A stretch of DNA of 64,000 nucleotides, taken from contig JAIVFI010000031.1 in assembly GCA_025558095.1 (NCBI GenBank), forward strand, positions 310,001-374,000. Direction: 5' to 3'. Made by a program: the position numbers and the translations under genes. Position 1 is the stretch's first letter. Each line of letters opens with the position of its first letter. The stretch is from Hyaloraphidium curvatum SAG 235-1 (taxonomy: Eukaryota; Fungi; Monoblepharomycota). This document shows, one piece after another, positions 57,991 to 64,000 of the stretch. Below the pieces are notes generated by a model. The model did no database searches. It was not told the DNA's origin and saw nothing but the letters and a program-made list of their open reading frames with translations.

Positions 57991-60805
57991 TCAGAACAGG
58001 ATCTCGGAGTACTTGGGGTACGGCCACATCGAATCCGCCACGATGTCCTCGAGCCTGTCGCAAACAAGGTCAGCCATCACGATCGACAAGCGAAGGGCAA
58101 AGGGTGGAACTCACGAGTCCACGCTATCGCGGATTGCCAGCATGATCGGGACGATGGTGTCCGAGGCGTATTCGGCGTGGGTAATCTCCTCGCCCTCGCC
58201 CTCCATGTGGTGCTGCGCCTTCTCGAGCTCGTCGACCTGGTTGGTCAGCTGGACGACGAGCTTGCCGATCGTCTCGACGGTCTTGGTCTCCTCCGTGACG
58301 TCCCCGCCGAGGTCCTTGACGGACTTGGCGCCGGCAGCCACGACGCTGCGGTACTGCAGCGCGGCCGGGAGGATGCCCTGCTTGACCATGGTCTTGAGGG
58401 TGTTGACCTCGATCAGGATGTCCTTGAGGTACTTCTCGACGAGGATGTTGAAGCGCGCCTCGAGCTCGCTGGGGTGGAAGACGCCCGAATCCTCGGTAAG
58501 CGCCTTGACGTTGGCGGCCTCCTTGATCTGCTTGAACGCCACAGGGGCCTTCTTGATGTTGAGGAGCCCGCGCTTGGCGGCCTCGTCGACCCAGGCCTGC
58601 GAGTACCCGTCGCCCTCGAAGCAGACGTTCTTCGCCTTGCCGAGGAACTCCTTGATAACGGCGATCTTGTCCTCATCCGAAGGCAGGGGCTTGCTGCCCT
58701 TGGCCTTCTCGAGGGCGTCGGCAACCTCGTTGATGGCGACCGAGACGATGGCGTTGAGGATCGTGACGGGGAACGAGGGGTTCTGCTGCGAACCGACGGC
58801 GCGGAACTCGAATTTGTTGCCGGTGAAGGCGAAAGGCGAGGTGCGGTTGCGATCGGTCAGATCGCGGGCGATGGGAGGGAGGGTGGTGACCTTGAGGTCC
58901 AGAACGGTGCCGCCGACCTTGATGGCCTGGACGTGGGGCACGGAAAAGTTGCTGCGTTTGTCGTTGCGAGATCAGCGAGGTTTTCCCAGTGGCTTTCGGT
59001 TAATTCACTCACCGGACCTCGCGACCCTCGAGGACCGAGTTTATGACCTCGGTGAGCTGCTCGCCGAGGAAAGCCGAGATGATCCCAGGGGGAGCCTCGG
59101 CGGCGCCGAGACGCAGATCGTTGCTGGCGCTCGCGATCGAAGTGCGGAGAGCACCCGAGTTCTTGTACACACCCCACAGGATGGCGGCGAGGAAGAGGAG
59201 GAAGCGGTAGTTGGTCTCGGGCTTGACGGTAGGGTCCAGCAGGTTGTCGCCAAGGTCAGTAGCTGGAAGAATGAGGCGGTTCTCAGTCAAAATACAAAGA
59301 AGCAAAGCCAGAGCTGCCCACCGATTGACCAGTTGCAGTGCTTGCCGGAGCCGTTGACGCCCTTGAAGGGCTTCTCGTGGAAGAGGGCCTATGGAGGCGG
59401 GATTAGCAGCTGATCTGATAAAGCCTTGACTCGCTAGCAACGCCTACCTTGAGCTTGTGGCGGTGGGCAACGCGGTGGGTGATGTGCATCGTCAGCAGGT
59501 TGTGGTCCACGGCGATTGCAGACTCCTCGAAAATAGGAGCCATTTCGAACTGGGCCGGCGCGACCTGAGCAAGGAAAGACGAAATTCAGCGGATCGTCCG
59601 TTTGTAGTACTTGATCGGAGACGGACCTCGTTGTGGCGGGTCTTGATCGGGATGCCGAGTTTGTAGCACTCCAGCTCAGTCTCCGAAATGGCAGCCAGGA
59701 CACGGCTCGGGATCCGGCCGAAGTAGTGGTCCTCGAGCTGCTGGTGCCTCGGGGGCAGGCGGCCGATGAGGGTGCGGCCGCAGATCTTGAGGTCGGGCCT
59801 CATCTGGTAGACACCGCGGTCGATCAGGAAGAACTCCTGTTCCGTGCCGAGCGTGGTGTAGCAGCGCTTGACGTCGGTTTCGCCGATGAGGTGGAGCAGG
59901 CGGGTGGAGGCGGTGGAGATGGCCTCGTTCGAGCGGAGAAGGATGGTCTTCTCATCCAGGGCGTCGCCGTTGTAGGAGATGAACACCGACGGGACGTAGA
60001 GAATGGCGGTGTCGTGGGGACCCGACTCGACGTACATGGGGCTGAACGAGAGAAGAGCGCAGGGTGCGATCAGCACAGAAGGCGGAGTGATCACAAGTCG
60101 GGCTCACCTGCTGGTCTCCCAAATCGTGTAGCCACGGGCTTCAAAGGTCGTCCTCATGCCACCGGAAGGGAACGACGAGGCGTCGGGCTCAGACTGGAGG
60201 AGCTGGCTACCGGAGAAGGCGTCGATGGCAGCGATCTGTGAAGGCACGTGATAGGCGTGTGAGGCTCAGACCGGGCAAGCGGGGCCGCCGAACGCATGCC
60301 AAAACCGACCTCTTCGCCGTTGCTGGTCACGACGGAGCGCAGAGTCAGGAAAGAGTCGTGCTTCTCGGCGGTGGCGCCGGTCTGGGGCTGGAAGATGTGG
60401 GTGAAGTGCGTGGCACCCCTGAGGAAGACACCGCGGTCGGTACTTTGATCACACTGCAGCAGACGGAGCAGAACCCACTTGTCCTGTGCCCAGACGCGAA
60501 CGGCGTGGGCAATGGCATCCGCGGTGGTGCGGTCAAGGTGCTGACGACCCTGTTGATCGAACCAGTCCATCAGCCTACCAAATCCACACTCCAGAGGGAG
60601 CGCGGGAATCTACCTTGACCTGCTGGATGAACTTGGCATACACAGGCTTGGGCAGGTACGCCTGCATAGTCTTGAGCGTGAAGACCTTGTCGCCGTAGAA
60701 GTCGGCCAGCGGGAGCCGCTTGCCCGCGGCATCCTTCGGGAACTCGATCGAGCGGGCCGGGCGGTCCACGGCGGTGAGAAGCGCGCTGATCCTGGCGGCC
60801 TGCAT
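57991..60805 (-). CDS. glnN: Glutamine synthetase type III (GSIII); multi-exon
   Basis: [119 protein letters not shown]. Confidence 0.95.
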
Positions 60806-61345
60806 CGTGATTGCTGTCTGTTTGCGGCGAAGAACGGGAGGGATAGGCGGGTGGCGGGAACACGACCGGCGGAAGCGCGCCGGGCGGCGAGCGAGACGGC
60901 ATCGCGGTGAGTCGGGAGCCAATGAATGCCACGCCGGCTGCGCGCGGCGACGGCGCCCGGGGTTCGCGCGGCCGACGCGCCGACCACCGCGCCGGCGGGT
61001 GGTCCGAGCAATCCGCGTCGCAACCCACCAAATCGCGTGCCGATGGGCCGTGCTAAGGAGAGCCGATATACGAGGCCGATTTGCCCGGTGCGAAACTCTC
61101 CGTCGGACGACGACGAGTGCGTCCGGCCGCGAAATGAAAACCGTTATCGCGGCGATGTGGCGGCGTCGGCGTCGGCGCGCGCAGATTGGCAATGGGCAAA
61201 GATACCCGACCGGGGCGAACCGGGCAAGGTTAGACCCTCCCTCCATCATGATGGATGCGGCACGAGGACGGCAGAAGCTATTGATGCTCGAGGGGCGAGA
61301 TTGAGCTGGTCGGCATCCGCGGCACGAACGGCTTTTGGTGGGACT

Positions 61346-61861
61346 CTACACTTCATCTAGGCACGAACACTGTCCCGTGGCATCCCGCCTGCAGGCCTCG
61401 GCTTCAGCCTCGGTCTTTCCTTTTGCCTTGGCCATCTTCAAGGATCGGTCCATATGGCAGCTGCCGAAATCCAGAATCACCTCCAACGTCCTCGTCTCTC
61501 CGGGCAGGATCCCAAAGCTTGCGAGGGTCGCGTCCGCGACAGTCAGGGCAACCGGCGTAGTTGTCGACGCCTTGTTGTTCTCGACGATGAGCTTCCGGAG
61601 GGCTGCCTGCTTCTGCTCCACGGTCTCAAGCGACTCGTCCGCATTAACCTCCTCCTGGAGTTCCTGCATCGACCGTTTTGGGGGACGCGTCTTGTCGCTC
61701 AGCGGCATAAGAACCATCTTCCATTTCCCCAGCGCCGTGCCCTCGTACGTCGAAACGAGGTCCTCGAGTTCGAGGCAAGTCATGGAGCACAGCAGCTCCA
61801 GCGTCGGAGGGACCGCCGTCTTCGGAACCATTGTCCTCAACTTCGCGTGGAAGGTGGCCAT
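61346..61861 (-). CDS. Hypothetical protein
   Basis: 171-codon ORF with coding-like codon usage; the TLASFGILPGE segment is weakly ubiquitin-like. Confidence 0.4.
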   Translation of the reverse strand: MATFHAKLRTMVPKTAVPPTLELLCSMTCLELEDLVSTYEGTALGKWKMVLMPLSDKTRPPKRSMQELQEEVNADESLETVEQKQAALRKLIVENNKASTTTPVALTVADATLASFGILPGETRTLEVILDFGSCHMDRSLKMAKAKGKTEAEAEACRRDATGQCSCLDEV

Positions 61862-62286
61862 GGTGGAGTCGGACTGCGAGGCTCGCAGCCTTCACGGCCA
61901 GGCGAGCACGAGAGGGCGACCGTGATTTGTCAGCTGCACCACGCAACAACACCGATGTGGCGCGCGAATCCGCAGCAGTGGATCCGGCGAACGAAGCGCA
62001 AAGCATTATCGAGTTCGGCTTGTCGTACGATGATGCATGCTTGAGCTGCGCAGCCAAGGGATGGCAACGAGTGTACTATCCATAAAGCGAAGGCAAGAGA
62101 GGGATGTGAGGCGTCGTATGGCTGCATTGAGCTGACTAGGCGCCCGCGAAAGAACATGGGCAGGATCGGCGTCGCTGCAGAGATGGAGCGCTGCAACAAT
62201 TGAAGCCCCAGCCCCCCCACTCCCGACTCGCAACAACAAGGAGGCTGTGCCAAACTCCGCACCCCTCGCCCGCACTCCAAGCAACG

Positions 62287-62819
62287 ATGGCCCCCGACGC
62301 CCTCAAGCAGCCCATGGAGTGGGCCACAGCCGTTTACGCCGCGGCGGACGCGATGGACGCCGAAGGCTACCTCAAGTTCCTCTCTCCCGGTTGGGCATGC
62401 CTGACGGGCTGTGCCCGATGCTCGAGCTCATTACGTTGCGCGACAGATGTTTGGTTCCGGTTCGGCAACAATCCCCCGGCGATCGGTGCGGAGGCGGCCA
62501 GCGCAGCGCTCGGCGGCTTCCTGGGCGCCATCAGCAGCATGAAGCACGAGTTCGTCTCGGTCGGGGCGACCGGATCCACCGTCGTGATTGAGGCCGACAT
62601 CAAGTACGGACGCAAAGATGGGACGTCGGTGACTATCCCGGGGACCATCCTTTACCATATTGGAAAGGACGGTCTGGCACAACAAGCACAGATCTTCATG
62701 GTAGAGCGGTCTCCATCTCGTTCTTCCTTCCATACTGATCTCCACAATCTGACAAGGATGCCTCGCCGATCTTTACGGGTGCCGAAGTTCCGCACGCCCC
62801 CAGGCCCAAGATCGAGTAG
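62287..62819 (+). CDS. SnoaL-like/NTF2-fold protein; 3 exons
   Basis: YAAADAMDAEGYLKFLSP|DVWFRFGNNPPAIG...SMKHEF...VIEADIKYGRKDG...QIFM|DASPIF. Confidence 0.8.
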
Positions 62820-62990
62820 GGTAGAACGCTTTCGGTGGGCAACGACCGCTGTCCATACCTCCGGCTGCTGGATGCTCTTCCACAAAGCAGCCGGAATGTG
62901 ACGCCGCGGATTGATGATTGTGGGTTAACGACGAAGACGGATAGCCGGTAAAGGCTTCTTTTGCATCCAATAAATACGCGGAATTGCAAC

Positions 62991-64000
62991 CTAAACCAAC
63001 ATCATCATCACAAGCACCAGAACAGCAAGGACAGTAGTCCCAATCATCCACGGCAAGGAGCTCCCTGCGCCCGACGGCCTGCTGGTGGACACCGACGCGG
63101 TTGTGGACTGCGCCGTGGCCGATGCAGAGGCCGATGCCGATGCAGAGGCCGATGCCGAAGCAGACGCTGTTGCCGAGACCGACGTGGCCGTCGAGGCGCT
63201 CGGCGTGATCACGGTCAGCGTCGAGGAGCCTGCCGCGTTGCTGGTCGTCGCAAGAACGCTGCCCGAAGCAGAGACCGTCGCGGTAGACGACCCAGTGCGG
63301 CTGGAGGTCCTCGTTGTTTCCGGGGGAGGGTCCTGGTAGAATGCGCAAGCGGGGCTCGTGGAGTTGGCGAACGGAATCACGGTATCGGCGACGACGCCGT
63401 TTTCGTCGGCGCATTCCACGCTGAAAGACTTGACAATGATCCGGAAATCGGCTGCAGATACCGTCAGTCTCTACCAGCTAGGTCCACGATTTCGACTCAC
63501 GGTTGGACGGTTCAGTCCAGTTTGTGGGACCTCCCGCCCAGCTCGAAGCTCCTTCGTTGCTCTGCGAATCAGGCGCCGCGAATCAGGAAAACAGCTTCAC
63601 CAGCAGTACCCAGCTTTTCTCACAGAGCCAGCATCCCAGATCGTCATTACAATCTTCCCCGGCCGGTACGGAATGTCGGGAAAGTCTTTCCGGAAGGTCC
63701 CACGCTTGGTGTCGCCGTCCAAGGTCCAGAAGATGGAATCCGGGGTGCGGAGGACGCAGTACTCGTGGAAGTTCTCGAAACCGTCCGAGGGGAGTGGATG
63801 GAAGCCACCGTGCGAGTTGTTAAGCTTCTCGAGCCCGAACCAAACGCTTTCGAAGCGGTCGGTCCGGATGCCGGTGAGCTCGACGTCGATTTCGTCGTCA
63901 ACGGTGGCTCCGGGGATATAAGACGAAATCACTGAAGCAGTATAAGACGCGTTTTCGACAGAGAAACGGGAGAGTGACCCACTGAACGCCGTGATCACGC
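62991..64000 (-). CDS. GH16 (Crh-like) transglycosylase with Ser/Thr/Ala stalk and GPI signal (5' partial)
   Basis: ITAF...DEIDVELTG (ExDxE), FHEY, IFWTLDG, MTIWDAG, (SA)n stalk, hydrophobic C-terminus. Confidence 0.85.

Noticed and set aside
6738-60805. AMP deaminase, ATP-citrate lyase, acyl-CoA synthetase and GSIII as a nitrogen-starvation/lipogenesis cluster
   Set aside because: They are spread over more than 50 kb with many unrelated genes between them, so chance co-location is the simpler explanation.
63110-63180. Tandem GCCGAT/GCAGAG repeats
   Set aside because: They encode the (Ser-Ala)n stalk of the GPI-anchored GH16 and are not a CRISPR array or satellite.

Overview
This window is nuclear DNA from a compact, GC-rich eukaryote with many short GT-AG introns (about 50-80 nt, CTRAC/CTAAC branch sites). 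Gene content suggests an early-diverging, chytrid- or monoblepharid-like fungus (inference). About 38 protein-coding loci are tightly packed, often head-to-head. Housekeeping genes include Prp43, stomatin-like protein 2, AMP deaminase, RPA43, SPP1, Nsl1, uS11m, fused ATP-citrate lyase, U2B''/U1A, dynamitin, CAF16, type III glutamine synthetase and a GH16. Three signals stand out once introns are spliced by hand. (1) A two-exon gene at 24057-25507 encodes an apparently complete DEG/ENaC/ASIC-type ion channel, a family not generally reported in fungi. (2) A mitochondrion-targeted, divergent SPFH protein at 1695-3362 ends in the C-terminal motif of cytochrome c oxidase subunit 1 (Cox1-c) and sits head-to-head with canonical SLP-2. 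(3) A transposon-derived island at about 43.8-47.7 kb joins a truncated Plavaka-like transposase to an ADDT/aGPT-like DNA-modification domain. Several genes look bacterial in origin: an Agt-like GT4, a DddK/DddW-like cupin, a His-Me-finger-like domain and a beta-propeller glycosidase. No rRNA, tRNA or CRISPR array was recognised. All family calls come from motif recognition, not database searches, and spliced coordinates are manual.
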